This document shows positions 50,192 through 59,999 of a stretch of DNA of 64,000 nt, piece by piece. Made by a program: the position numbers and the translations under genes. Origin of the DNA: Spirochaetia bacterium (GTDB lineage: Bacteria; Spirochaetota; Spirochaetia; DSM-2461); the NCBI GenBank assembly GCA_963668315.1, contig OY764216.1:1792001-1856000 (forward strand), read 5' to 3'. How positions within the stretch are numbered: the stretch's first letter is position 1; each line of letters opens with the position of its first letter. The notes below the pieces were generated by a model. The model saw only the letters and a list, made by a program, of their open reading frames with translations. It was not told the DNA's origin and did no database searches.

Positions 50192-51260
50192 AGAGCTCGG
50201 CAAAGCGGCGGCCTGGATAGGACGCAAACAGTACAGCAAGGCTATTCGCTTTCTTGAACCGAAAGTTCCCATTTATCTGGAAGACGCGAATTTCTACTAT
50301 CTCCTGGGAAGGGCTCTTTTCATGTCCGGCGATATGGGAGGAGCGAAGTTCTATTTTGAGAGGGGACTGCTGGCAGACAGGGGGCGGACGGATATCAAGC
50401 TCATGCTGGCCCTGACCCATCTGAAGAGAAAAGACTCTGCCGAAGCCGCCAAGACCTGGCTCTCCATCCTCGATGGGGACCCGGGAAACAAAAAAGCGGC
50501 CCGTGGTTTGGAAACGCTCCGCAGAATCGATAACGAGGCAGATCTCAACCGGTATATAGAAGAGGGGAATCACAGGAAAATACTGCCCCCCTTTCGAGTC
50601 CGTCCCAGAAGCATCTGGTTTATCATTCCCCTCGCCGTGCTGCTGCTGGCAGGAGCTCTTGTCTATATTGTTCCCCGTATCGATCTCCCCGAAAGAGAGC
50701 CCCGGCGTGATGAGCTGAACTATATCGATCTGGATATCAAAGGCATTCCCGTAACCGATAATACCGGCTCTTTCCATTATGTCCTGACCGTGGATGAAGT
50801 AAGGGATTCCTACAACCGGGCGATAGAACTTTTTGACAGGGAGAGGGACAATGAGGCCCGGGTGGAGATAAACCGAATTCTCAATTCAAACGCTTCAAAC
50901 GATCTGAAAAGCCGCCTTTCCGTTCTCTCCGGATATCTGGTTAAGCCGGATTATGATAACTTCTATACCGATTTCACCTATGCCCAGATTCACGACGATC
51001 CCCTGCTTTATGAGAATTGCTGGGTTCTCTGGAGGGGCCGGGTCTCCAATCTGACTGTTACCGATGAAAGAATCTCCTTTCTCTTTCTGGTCGGATTTGA
51101 GAACGAGACCTACCTGGAAGGTTCTCTTCCCGCCTATGTGGATTACGGTGTGAAAATCGACCGGGAACTCCCCGTTGAGATCCTCGGGCAGATCGTTCGG
51201 GAAGAGGGCGGACTTGTCCTTAAGGTCGAAACAATCCGTCATATCCTGCCCAAATCATAA
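50175..51260 (+). CDS. TPR + TM + OB-like hypothetical protein
   Basis: N-terminal TPR, central TM helix and C-terminal WRGRVSN beta domain. Confidence 0.7.
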   Translation: MRDYGKELGKAAAWIGRKQYSKAIRFLEPKVPIYLEDANFYYLLGRALFMSGDMGGAKFYFERGLLADRGRTDIKLMLALTHLKRKDSAEAAKTWLSILDGDPGNKKAARGLETLRRIDNEADLNRYIEEGNHRKILPPFRVRPRSIWFIIPLAVLLLAGALVYIVPRIDLPEREPRRDELNYIDLDIKGIPVTDNTGSFHYVLTVDEVRDSYNRAIELFDRERDNEARVEINRILNSNASNDLKSRLSVLSGYLVKPDYDNFYTDFTYAQIHDDPLLYENCWVLWRGRVSNLTVTDERISFLFLVGFENETYLEGSLPAYVDYGVKIDRELPVEILGQIVREEGGLVLKVETIRHILPKS

Positions 51261-51352
51261 AAAACGGGATTAATGTTCCAAAAAACGTGTATTTCCCCTA
51301 TAATAGCGGGATAACAGGGAAAAAAGCCCTGTTATAAAGGGCAGGGGTACGC

Positions 51353-52432
51353 ATGAAATCATCGGTTAAAGAAACAAAGCAGGCTACGACGAAAGAGGAA
51401 AAAGAAAAAGCCCTCGACGCGGCTAGGCTTCAGATAGAAAAACAGTTCGGCAAGGGCTCCCTTATGAAAATGGGAGAAAACCGGAATCTGGATATTGAAG
51501 TGATTCCTTCCGGCTCCATCGTTCTTGATGAAGCTCTGGGAGTGGGAGGATATCCCAAGGGGCGTATTCTCGAGATTTACGGACCCGAATCCTCGGGTAA
51601 AACGACCCTGGCTCTTCATGCCATCGCTGAGGCTCAGAAGCAGGGGGGGATTGCCGCCTTTGTTGATGCCGAGCATGCCCTTGATCCGGCCTATGCCGAA
51701 AAACTGGGCGTTAATGTGGCTGATCTGTGGGTCTCCCAGCCCGATACGGGAGAGCAGGCCCTGGAAATCGTGGAGTCCCTTATCCGCTCAGGTGCCGTCG
51801 ATATCGTGGTTGTCGACTCGGTGGCGGCGTTGACTCCCCAGGCAGAGATCGAAGGTGATATGGGAGATTCCCACATGGGGCTCCAGGCCAGGTTGATGAG
51901 CCAGGCTTTGAGAAAGCTCACCGGTATCATCTCCAAATCGGGCTGTTCCCTGATATTTATCAATCAGATCCGTATGAAAATAGGCGTCATGTTCGGGAAT
52001 CCGGAAACTACCACCGGCGGAAATGCTCTGAAATTTTATGCGTCTGTCCGTCTGGATGTGAGAAAAATAGAGACCATGGCCAAAGGTTCGGAAGATCCCA
52101 TAGGAAACCGTATCCGGGTCAAGGTCGTCAAGAACAAAGTGGCTCCGCCATTCAAGAAGGTGGAGATGGAGATCCTTTTCGGTAAGGGAATCTCTTCCGA
52201 AGCCAGTCTGCTCGATTCGGCGCTGGCCCATGAGATTATTCAGAAAAGCGGAAGCTGGTACTCCTATAAAGAGGAAAAGATCGGTCAGGGCCGGGATAGT
52301 GTGAAATCCTTTTTAACGGAGAATCCCGAGGCCGCCGCGGCTATCGAGGCGGAGATCAGGAAAGTGGCATTCCCCGAGAAAAAGAAGGCGGAAGCAAAGA
52401 AAGAAGCCGTCCCCGAAGAAGTGAAGGCCTGA
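51353..52432 (+). CDS. recA: Recombinase RecA
   Basis: [30 protein letters not shown]. Confidence 0.98.
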   Translation: MKSSVKETKQATTKEEKEKALDAARLQIEKQFGKGSLMKMGENRNLDIEVIPSGSIVLDEALGVGGYPKGRILEIYGPESSGKTTLALHAIAEAQKQGGIAAFVDAEHALDPAYAEKLGVNVADLWVSQPDTGEQALEIVESLIRSGAVDIVVVDSVAALTPQAEIEGDMGDSHMGLQARLMSQALRKLTGIISKSGCSLIFINQIRMKIGVMFGNPETTTGGNALKFYASVRLDVRKIETMAKGSEDPIGNRIRVKVVKNKVAPPFKKVEMEILFGKGISSEASLLDSALAHEIIQKSGSWYSYKEEKIGQGRDSVKSFLTENPEAAAAIEAEIRKVAFPEKKKAEAKKEAVPEEVKA

Positions 52433-52437
52433 TTTCA

Positions 52438-52938
52438 TTGGAAACCGTATATATCGGGGCCGGTTCCAATATGGGGGACCGGTTCCAGTCGCTATGTTTT
52501 GCCAGGGAGGAATTATCCCGTCTCCTGGATGATTTCAGGGTTTCCCCTGTCTATGAGACGGCTCCCAGGGATTATCTGGATCAGGACTCTTTTCTCAACT
52601 GCGTTTTTTCAGGTAAAACCGACAGGGAGCCCGAAGCTCTCCTTGATGAACTTTTCGCTCTGGAAAAGGAAGCCGGAAGGGTCAGGAAGGGGGCCATCCC
52701 CAAAGGTCCCCGTGTCCTGGATCTGGATATCCTTCTCTGGGGCGGCCGGACTATCCGGACTTCCCGGCTGACCATTCCCCATCCGGCCATGAGGGAGAGG
52801 GCCTTCGTCCTGATTCCTTTGCTGGCCCTGGAGGAAAACTTGTGCGATCCCGAAACGGACCGGTCTTACGGGCAATATCTCTCCTCTCTGGAGGATCAGA
52901 ATGTGAAACCGGTGGACTTCTCCCGGGGTATGTGGTAA
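52438..52938 (+). CDS. folK: HPPK (2-amino-4-hydroxy-6-hydroxymethyldihydropteridine diphosphokinase)
   Basis: GSNMGD, GPRVLDLDIL, IPHP.M.ER.FVL.PL. Confidence 0.93.
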   Translation: METVYIGAGSNMGDRFQSLCFAREELSRLLDDFRVSPVYETAPRDYLDQDSFLNCVFSGKTDREPEALLDELFALEKEAGRVRKGAIPKGPRVLDLDILLWGGRTIRTSRLTIPHPAMRERAFVLIPLLALEENLCDPETDRSYGQYLSSLEDQNVKPVDFSRGMW

Positions 52939-52950
52939 AATTCATTCCAG

Positions 52951-55470
52951 ATGAATCCAAAAAAACTCCCCGTTTATAAGGAGCGGGATAAAATCCTTAC
53001 GGCTCTGGAGAAAAATCAGGTCATTATCGTAGAAAGTCCCACCGGTTCGGGGAAAACGACTCAGATCCCTCTCATACTTCATGAAGCCGGCTACACCGAT
53101 CACGGTATTATCGGTATTACCCAGCCCCGGCGTATTGCAACCCTTTCCGTGTCCGATTACATATCCATGCAGCTGGGGATACCCATGCCCGGATTTATCG
53201 GGTACAAGATGCGGTTTGAAGATAAAACCACGGCGGATACCCGCCTGAAAATTATGACCGACGGAACCCTGCTGCAGGAGATGAAGACAGACCCCCTGCT
53301 GAGCCGTTATTCCGTTCTCATGGTGGACGAAGCCCATGAGAGGAGCCTGAATATCGACTTTATCCTCGGGCTTCTGAAAAATATTCTGGCCGAGAGGCCG
53401 GAGTTCAAGGTCATCATATCGAGCGCTACCCTGAATACGGAAGCTTTCAGCCGCTATTATGCCAATGCCCGGATCGTTTCCATCGATACGCCGGTTTATC
53501 CCGTTCAGGTTTATTACGATCCCCCCGCCAAAGAGAATGACGAGGAAGCCCTGGTCGAGAAGATTGTGTCTCTTGTGGAGCGCATAGTGGGGGAGCGGCG
53601 GAAAGGGGATATACTCATTTTCCTTTCCGGGGAGAAGATTATCAAGGACAGCTGTGCGGCTCTGGCCAACTCCCAGGTCCGCCGGCGTCTCCATCTCGTG
53701 CCCCTTTACGGCCGGTTGGGGAAGGATGAGCAGGAGAGGGTTTTCGATAAGACCCCCTTTGGAAAGACGAAGGTCGTCGTCTCCACCAATATTGCCGAAA
53801 CCAGCGTTACCATCGACGGGATTACCACGGTTATCGATTCCGGTCTCTGTAAAATGAATTTCTATAATCCCCGTACTTTTACCAGCTCTCTGGTGGAAAC
53901 TCCTGTTTCGCAGGCGTCCTGTAATCAGCGAAAGGGAAGGGCGGGGCGCACACAGCCGGGAAGCTGCTACCGCCTCTACTCTCCCGGTGATTTTGACCAG
54001 AGGCCTCTGTTTACCCTGGAAGAGATATACCGGACCGATCTGGCCGAAGTCGTTCTCCGAATGGCCGAGCTGGGGATTGAGGATTTCTATAAGTTCGATT
54101 TCATCTCCTCTCCCGGTGAGAAGGGAATCCGGGGAGCGATTGAGACGCTACAGCTCCTCGATGCTCTTGATGAGAATATGCATGTAACCCCCACGGGAAC
54201 GAAAATGCTCTATTTTCCTTTGATGCCCCGCCATGCGCGCATGATCATAGAAGCGGTTCTGAGGTACCCCGATGTCATCCGGGAAGTGCTTATTGCCACC
54301 TCTTTTCTTTCTACCAATTCTCCTTTTCTGCTGCCCCAGGGGGAAGAGATGGAAGCCCGGCGGGCCCATCACTCCTTCAGCGATCAGAACGGGGATTTCG
54401 TCTCCTACCTGCGGCTCTTCCAGGCCTTTGAAAGCACGGCGGACAAAGGAAGGTTCTGTGAACGATACTATCTGGATGAAAAAGCCATGCGGGAAATTCT
54501 GAATATAGAGGATCAGCTCGAAAGCATCGTCGGCGATACTCTGGGTGTTCCCGTCTCCTCAGGAGGTTCGGTGGAGGATTTTCTCTGTTCCTGCGCCAGG
54601 GGGCTTATTCAGTTCATCTGTATCAAATCGGGCAACCGGGACTACCGGAGCCTGACGACGGACAAGATAATCATTCATCCCGGTTCGGTCATGTTCAAGG
54701 AGCATATGCCCTTTATGATGGCCGGTGAAATCGTCCGCACAAGCCGCATGTATGCCCGAAGCGTCTCTCCCCTGAAAAAGGAGTGGCTCAGGAGAATTGA
54801 TCCGGAACTGGGCAACAGGCTTATGGATCTTGTGGACGGCAGGAGCGGGAAGGGCCGCCAGTCCAAAGAGGGACGAAGGGGAGAGGAGCGCAGTACCGGT
54901 AAGGACACGACAAATAATCTTTATGTCGGCCAGACGGCTTTTCCCGTTATCCGCACGAAGAAGAAAAAGAAAGCCGTGCTTTTTGACTGGCAGAAGCTGT
55001 ATCAGGCTCTTTCCACATTAAAACCCGATGAAATACCCGATTATCAGAATCTGCGCGGGGTTCTGAGCCTTGACGGTATGGAGGTTATTCCCGATGGCCG
55101 GGTGAATATGATTTTTACCGTGGTCAGAACCCTCAATCCGAAAAAGGACAGTATCCAGGGGGTTCCGGGAAAGAACTATGATGTTCAGAACCCCTCGCAT
55201 ATGAAGGATCTTTCCGAAATGCTGGACGATATTCTCAAACTCGTTATGAGCGGTAAGAGGAAAAAACGGTCCGTCGGCTTCCTGAGTCTCCAGACCGATG
55301 GGGAGCGGTATTACTGGTTTAAAAGCTCCCGCAGTTTTAATCAGGCTCTTAATGAATCCCTGGAGAGTCTGGAAAGTCTGGCCGATCTCATGCCGGAGAA
55401 TTCCGAAGATAATTTATGGGATCAGGTAAACAGCAGTTATCGGCGACTTGACGGATTATATACCTATTAA
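52951..55470 (+). CDS. hrpA: HrpA-like DEAH-box RNA helicase
   Basis: PTGSGKTTQ, TQPRR, DEAH, SAT, TNIAETS, QRKGRAGR. Confidence 0.9.
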   Translation: MNPKKLPVYKERDKILTALEKNQVIIVESPTGSGKTTQIPLILHEAGYTDHGIIGITQPRRIATLSVSDYISMQLGIPMPGFIGYKMRFEDKTTADTRLKIMTDGTLLQEMKTDPLLSRYSVLMVDEAHERSLNIDFILGLLKNILAERPEFKVIISSATLNTEAFSRYYANARIVSIDTPVYPVQVYYDPPAKENDEEALVEKIVSLVERIVGERRKGDILIFLSGEKIIKDSCAALANSQVRRRLHLVPLYGRLGKDEQERVFDKTPFGKTKVVVSTNIAETSVTIDGITTVIDSGLCKMNFYNPRTFTSSLVETPVSQASCNQRKGRAGRTQPGSCYRLYSPGDFDQRPLFTLEEIYRTDLAEVVLRMAELGIEDFYKFDFISSPGEKGIRGAIETLQLLDALDENMHVTPTGTKMLYFPLMPRHARMIIEAVLRYPDVIREVLIATSFLSTNSPFLLPQGEEMEARRAHHSFSDQNGDFVSYLRLFQAFESTADKGRFCERYYLDEKAMREILNIEDQLESIVGDTLGVPVSSGGSVEDFLCSCARGLIQFICIKSGNRDYRSLTTDKIIIHPGSVMFKEHMPFMMAGEIVRTSRMYARSVSPLKKEWLRRIDPELGNRLMDLVDGRSGKGRQSKEGRRGEERSTGKDTTNNLYVGQTAFPVIRTKKKKKAVLFDWQKLYQALSTLKPDEIPDYQNLRGVLSLDGMEVIPDGRVNMIFTVVRTLNPKKDSIQGVPGKNYDVQNPSHMKDLSEMLDDILKLVMSGKRKKRSVGFLSLQTDGERYYWFKSSRSFNQALNESLESLESLADLMPENSEDNLWDQVNSSYRRLDGLYTY

Positions 55471-55624
55471 ACCGGTGAGGGCCTGACTCAGGCCCTCCGG
55501 GGAGCCTCTTTTTGGCATTTTTCCGAAATAAGTATAAATGTACTACTGTGTATTTATGAAAATCTGCGCTATCCTTTTCTATAAAAGAAACCAACCATAA
55601 TTCACTGAGGAAGGAGGATAGAAG

Positions 55625-56419
55625 ATGGATGCCTGTTTTGCCATCGTATTCTGCGGAGTAAGTTTGTCTCTGGGGCTGGGGATTGTTTCGCTCTTTTTTG
55701 CTTTTCTGATGGATCGGAGAGATCCGCTGCCGCTGATGACATCTCTCCTGTGCCGCACCGTAAACGTTATGGTATTACTGATTTTTCTCTGCCGTATTAT
55801 TGAAAAAGGGCTGGGCATAAGAAAGCTGCCCCTAATCGTTCCTCTATCCCCGGGTATCGAAACAATTATTCATACGGTCAATCCCGGATTTATCCTTCTG
55901 GTTTTTCTTATCAGCAACCTATTGGCCTACCATATGGGCCATCTGGATGAAACCCGTTTTGCTTCATCCTTTTGTGTGATGACTGTCCTGGGACTATATC
56001 TTTTTTTCACGGGGGGAACCCCTTATTATGGCATCGCTTTATGTCTTTTTCTTAATCTGATCTGGGTTTTTCTCTTTATGATCTGCCGCCGTTTATCCCA
56101 TGGGCATGAAACGGTCAAAAAACATTTTGAGAGCATAATAGACCGTCAGAAAGAAGAGATGGAGCAGCTGGAAATACAGATTCGTTCCTTGAAAAGGCCT
56201 CGTTATTATGGGGATATACGCTTATCGCGGGCAGAGAGGGAATTGCTTGATACTGTGCGAACTCTGAAAACCATTAATACCAAGGAGCTGGCATGCCATA
56301 TGTTCCGGGCGGAATCAACCATAGGTAACAGCATATACAATATAAGAAGAAAACTGGATATGACCAGCCGTGCCGATCTCTTTGCCTATGTGATGATGAA
56401 TATTCCGGAAGAAACCTGA
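55625..56419 (+). CDS. Membrane protein with a C-terminal LuxR-type HTH
   Basis: About 5 TM segments, coiled coil and LSRAE..L...KELA..M..AESTI...I.RKL. Confidence 0.7.
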   Translation: MDACFAIVFCGVSLSLGLGIVSLFFAFLMDRRDPLPLMTSLLCRTVNVMVLLIFLCRIIEKGLGIRKLPLIVPLSPGIETIIHTVNPGFILLVFLISNLLAYHMGHLDETRFASSFCVMTVLGLYLFFTGGTPYYGIALCLFLNLIWVFLFMICRRLSHGHETVKKHFESIIDRQKEEMEQLEIQIRSLKRPRYYGDIRLSRAERELLDTVRTLKTINTKELACHMFRAESTIGNSIYNIRRKLDMTSRADLFAYVMMNIPEET

Positions 56420-56538
56420 GAGGACCGGAAATATTAGAACCTCCCTCTCTTTACACAAACGGTAATTTTTAATAAAATATGTATTTGCAAGTTATCAATA
56501 GCCCTTCCAAAAGGGGCTGCTAATACAAGAGGTTATTA

Positions 56539-56748
56539 ATGGGTTCCAAAAAAGAGTTTTCCGTTCCCCTGGGTGAGATGGTCGATAGCGAACTGAATGT
56601 TTATGAGCTGACGAATGCGGCCATAAAAAGGGCGGAGCAGCTGAGCCTTACTAAAATGGATGAGATGACCAAGAATAAGGCTAAAGTATCTTCTGCCGCC
56701 ATCAGAGAAGTCGTAACCAAAGAAGTTGGGTACAGCTACAACAAATAA
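56539..56748 (+). CDS. rpoZ: RNA polymerase omega subunit
   Basis: N.YEL..AA.KRA.QL and K..S.AI.E pattern; located upstream of miaA. Confidence 0.75.
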   Translation: MGSKKEFSVPLGEMVDSELNVYELTNAAIKRAEQLSLTKMDEMTKNKAKVSSAAIREVVTKEVGYSYNK

Positions 56749-57682
56749 AATCCCCCTGATCCTTCTTTTCGGCCCCACGGCAGTAGGCAAGACCGATCTG
56801 GTTCTTGAACTTTTCCGGGGCCGGGGAGAGATCATTAATGTAGATTCCGTGCAGGTATACAGAAAACTTGACATCGGAAGCGCCAAACCAGACAAATCCT
56901 ATCTGGAAAAATTACCCCATCATCTTATCGATATAAGAGATGTTCATGAACAGTTTAATACGGCGGATTTTATCCGGTTGGCCGATGAAGCCGCAGCCGA
57001 TATCGCCGGAAGGGGTCTGATACCCGTTCTGACGGGAGGTACGGCCTTCTATTTTAAAAATTTCTGTATCGGCCTCGCGCAGGGGGCCCCTCCCGGCGAT
57101 CCTGCTATAAGGGAAAAGCTGGAACGAGAGCGCCTGGAAAGGGGAATACAGACCCTCTGGACAGAACTGGAGAAGGCAGATCCCGTCTATGCCGGGAAAA
57201 TCCATGTTAATGACGAATTGCGTATTATGAGAGCTCTGGAAGTATTCCGGCAGACCGGCAGGCCCCTTTCCTCCTTCGGTCAGGATGACAAATTTCGTGA
57301 CCAATACGAATATTGTCTTATCGGACTGACCAGGGAGAGGGAGGAGCTGTACCGCAGAATAGACAGACGTGTGGATATCATGATGGAAAGCGGTCTGCCC
57401 GGTGAAGTCAAGGCTCTGGCGGAAGCGGGATTGACGGGGAAAGAACCCGGACTTGACGCCATCGGATACAGAGAGTTTTTTGAGATGAAGGAACGGGGAT
57501 GCATGACGCTGAGCGATACGGCAGACCGTATTCGCCGTAACAGCAGGCGCTACGCAAAACGGCAGCTGACCTTTTTTCATAGCCTTCCCGGAGTCAGTTG
57601 GTTTCATCCGGAAAAAAAGAAAGAAATTTCCCTTTTCATTGATAGTTTTCTCAGTAAACATTCCGTTTCCCTATTGACCTAA
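56726..57682 (+). CDS. miaA: tRNA dimethylallyltransferase
   Basis: GPTAVGKT, DSVQVY..LDIGSAKP, GGTAFY, YAKRQ.TF. Confidence 0.95.
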   Translation: MGTATTNKIPLILLFGPTAVGKTDLVLELFRGRGEIINVDSVQVYRKLDIGSAKPDKSYLEKLPHHLIDIRDVHEQFNTADFIRLADEAAADIAGRGLIPVLTGGTAFYFKNFCIGLAQGAPPGDPAIREKLERERLERGIQTLWTELEKADPVYAGKIHVNDELRIMRALEVFRQTGRPLSSFGQDDKFRDQYEYCLIGLTREREELYRRIDRRVDIMMESGLPGEVKALAEAGLTGKEPGLDAIGYREFFEMKERGCMTLSDTADRIRRNSRRYAKRQLTFFHSLPGVSWFHPEKKKEISLFIDSFLSKHSVSLLT

Positions 57683-57702
57683 ACGGAGAGAATGGACATA
57701 AT
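57674..57702 (+). promoter_or_regulatory. sigma70 promoter for the bS22 gene
   Basis: TTGACC-N17-CATAAT. Confidence 0.7.
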
Positions 57703-57754
57703 TACCTCTGCTGTAATAAGGTAATCATTTAAATTATAGATAAGGAGTCTTTCA

Positions 57755-57844
57755 GTGCCCTGCGGAAGAAAGCGTAAAAGAAAAAAGATAGCTACCCACA
57801 AAAGAAAAAAGAAACTGAGAAAGAATAGACATAAGCATAAATAG
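57755..57844 (+). CDS. Ribosomal protein bS22 / AURKAIP1-COX24-domain basic peptide, 29 aa (not in the ORF track)
   Basis: GTG start with TAAGGAG RBS; MPCGRKRKRKKIATHKRKKKLRKNRHKHK. Confidence 0.88.
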   Translation: MPCGRKRKRKKIATHKRKKKLRKNRHKHK

Positions 57845-57962
57845 TCGCTGATTTTTTCAGTATAGGATTGCTATCACATGAAAAGCCGGTGTATTTTATA
57901 TCCGCCGGCGAAATGGTTTTTATCTACCGGTTGTATTGGAAACCGGTCGTTCGGAGCTAAAC

Positions 57963-57995
57963 AAAGGCGGTATTGACATAATGCCGCTTTTTTTG
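57963..57995 (+). terminator. Intrinsic terminator
   Basis: GGCGGTATT-GACAT-AATGCCGC followed by a T-run. Confidence 0.75.
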
Positions 57996-58048
57996 TGCCC
58001 GGAATTGTGTTATAATGGAATAATCTTGATTTAAGGATGTGTTCTGGA

Positions 58049-59986
58049 GTGGGAAATTCCCAGTTGGAAAAGATTAATAGCCCGAAGGATCTGAAGAATT
58101 TATCCTTCGCCGAGCTAAACGATCTGTCCCGGGAGATACGGGATTTAATTATACAGACAACAAAGAAGAACGGCGGTCATCTGGCTTCGAATCTGGGAGT
58201 CGTGGAGCTGACTCTGGCTCTGCACCGTGTTTTTGAGAGCCCCTCGGATAAGATTGTGTGGGATGTGGGGCATCAGGCCTATACCCATAAGATCCTTACG
58301 GGCCGGAGGGAGTCCTTCGGCGGACTGCGCGTAATGGGAGGGCTTGCCGGTTTTCCCAGACGGGAAGAGAGCCCCCATGATATTACCGATCCCGGCCATG
58401 CCTCTACATCCATCTCCTCGGGTATAGGAATCAAGAAAGGTCTGGACCTGTCCGGTGATAAGGGACGTGTCGTGTCCGTTATCGGCGACGGCGCCCTCAC
58501 GGGCGGACTGGCCCTTGAAGCTTTGAATTTTACCGGTCATATTCCCAATAACCTTATCATTATTCTCAATGACAATTATATGTCCATCGATAAGAATGTA
58601 GGAGCCATATCCTCCTATCTTTCCCGGATAGCCGCAGCTGCCGGCTACCTCCACTTTTCCCAGACCTTTGACCGGATCGTTTTTCGCATCCCTCTGATCG
58701 GTAAGCCCTTTTTCAAGTTTTACAGCCGTTTGAAGAAAGGGGTAAAGAGTCTTTTTTACCGGGACGGCCTCTTTACTGAGCTCGGTTTCAAATATATCGG
58801 CCCCATAGACGGGCACAATATTCCCCTGATGGAGAAAGTATTCACCCGGGCTAGAGAGGTGAATCGGCCGGTTGTCATTCATGTTAAGACTATTAAGGGA
58901 AAAGGTTCGCAGCTCGCCGAGGGTGATCCGTCATCCTATCACGGAGTGTCCCCCCTTCCTCCTGCCGGAGAGGAGGCCGCCGCTCCTGCCGGAATTAAGC
59001 TTACATCCGCCTTTTCTTCGGCTCTTGTAAAAGCCGCCGCCGGAGATGAGAATATCGTGGCCATCACGGCGGCTATGAAAGAGGGGACGGGGCTGAGTGA
59101 GTTTCAGAGCCGCTTTCCCGAACGTTTTTTTGATGTGGGTATAGCCGAAGGTCATGGCGTGACCTTTGCCGCCGGTCTCGCTATTACCGGGCGGAGACCG
59201 GTGGTGGCGATCTATTCGACATTTATGCAGCGCGTGGTGGACCAGGTTATTCATGATGTGGCGATTCCCGGGCTGCCCGTTATCTTTGTTCTGGACAGGG
59301 CCGGGTTTATTCCGGGGGACGGGGAGACTCACCAGGGGCTGTTTGATCTGGCCCTTTTCCGCAGTGTGCCCGGACTGGATATCCTGGCTCCCGTGTCCGC
59401 GCTGGAAATTGAGCGGGCCTTTGAGTGGGCCGTGAAGCAGAATCATCCGGTGATGATCCGCTATTCCAAGACTGTCAGTCCTGAGGAACTGCCCGCCTAC
59501 CATGAACCCTTTGAGAAAGGCAGGGGGGTATTTCTGGTGAAAAGGGAGCAGCCCTCTCCCATTCTTCTTCTGAATCTGGGTGGGCTGGTTGATAAGGTTC
59601 TGGATGCTTCTGAGCGCCTGGCCGGAGAAGCCGTCTATTCCGATGTGTATAACCTGCGTTTTGCCACTTCTCTCGATGAGAAGGCTCTGCTGGCTCTCTT
59701 TGAGAATTATGAACTCGTGGTTTTTGTTGAGGAAGGAGTCAAAAGGGGCGGAGTAGGCGAGAGTCTGGCCGGAATGATTCTGGAGGCTGAGAAGAGCGTT
59801 AATCTTCTGGACCTTTCCGCTCCCAATGTTTTCCCTCCCGCTGCGACCAGGGATGAACTTATCGCCCTCTATCGGCTGGACGGCCAGGGGATCTTTGAAA
59901 GGGTTCTGGAAAAATGGCAGAGCTTCCGGTTCCGTAAAGTGGTCGATCAGGTTAAGAACGACTCCTGGGAACCGAAGAAAATCTGA
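58049..59986 (+). CDS. dxs: 1-deoxy-D-xylulose-5-phosphate synthase
   Basis: GGHLASNLG, DVGHQAY.HK, GHASTSIS, GDGAL, DVGIAE, YSTFMQR, DGETHQG. The exact start (58037 or 58049) is uncertain. Confidence 0.95.
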   Translation: MGNSQLEKINSPKDLKNLSFAELNDLSREIRDLIIQTTKKNGGHLASNLGVVELTLALHRVFESPSDKIVWDVGHQAYTHKILTGRRESFGGLRVMGGLAGFPRREESPHDITDPGHASTSISSGIGIKKGLDLSGDKGRVVSVIGDGALTGGLALEALNFTGHIPNNLIIILNDNYMSIDKNVGAISSYLSRIAAAAGYLHFSQTFDRIVFRIPLIGKPFFKFYSRLKKGVKSLFYRDGLFTELGFKYIGPIDGHNIPLMEKVFTRAREVNRPVVIHVKTIKGKGSQLAEGDPSSYHGVSPLPPAGEEAAAPAGIKLTSAFSSALVKAAAGDENIVAITAAMKEGTGLSEFQSRFPERFFDVGIAEGHGVTFAAGLAITGRRPVVAIYSTFMQRVVDQVIHDVAIPGLPVIFVLDRAGFIPGDGETHQGLFDLALFRSVPGLDILAPVSALEIERAFEWAVKQNHPVMIRYSKTVSPEELPAYHEPFEKGRGVFLVKREQPSPILLLNLGGLVDKVLDASERLAGEAVYSDVYNLRFATSLDEKALLALFENYELVVFVEEGVKRGGVGESLAGMILEAEKSVNLLDLSAPNVFPPAATRDELIALYRLDGQGIFERVLEKWQSFRFRKVVDQVKNDSWEPKKI

Positions 59987-59999
59987 GCCGGATCATAAA

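Noticed and set aside
57900..57960. Purine riboswitch (CTACC...CCG-like stretch)
   Set aside because: The conserved loop and junction nucleotides are missing and no purine gene lies downstream.
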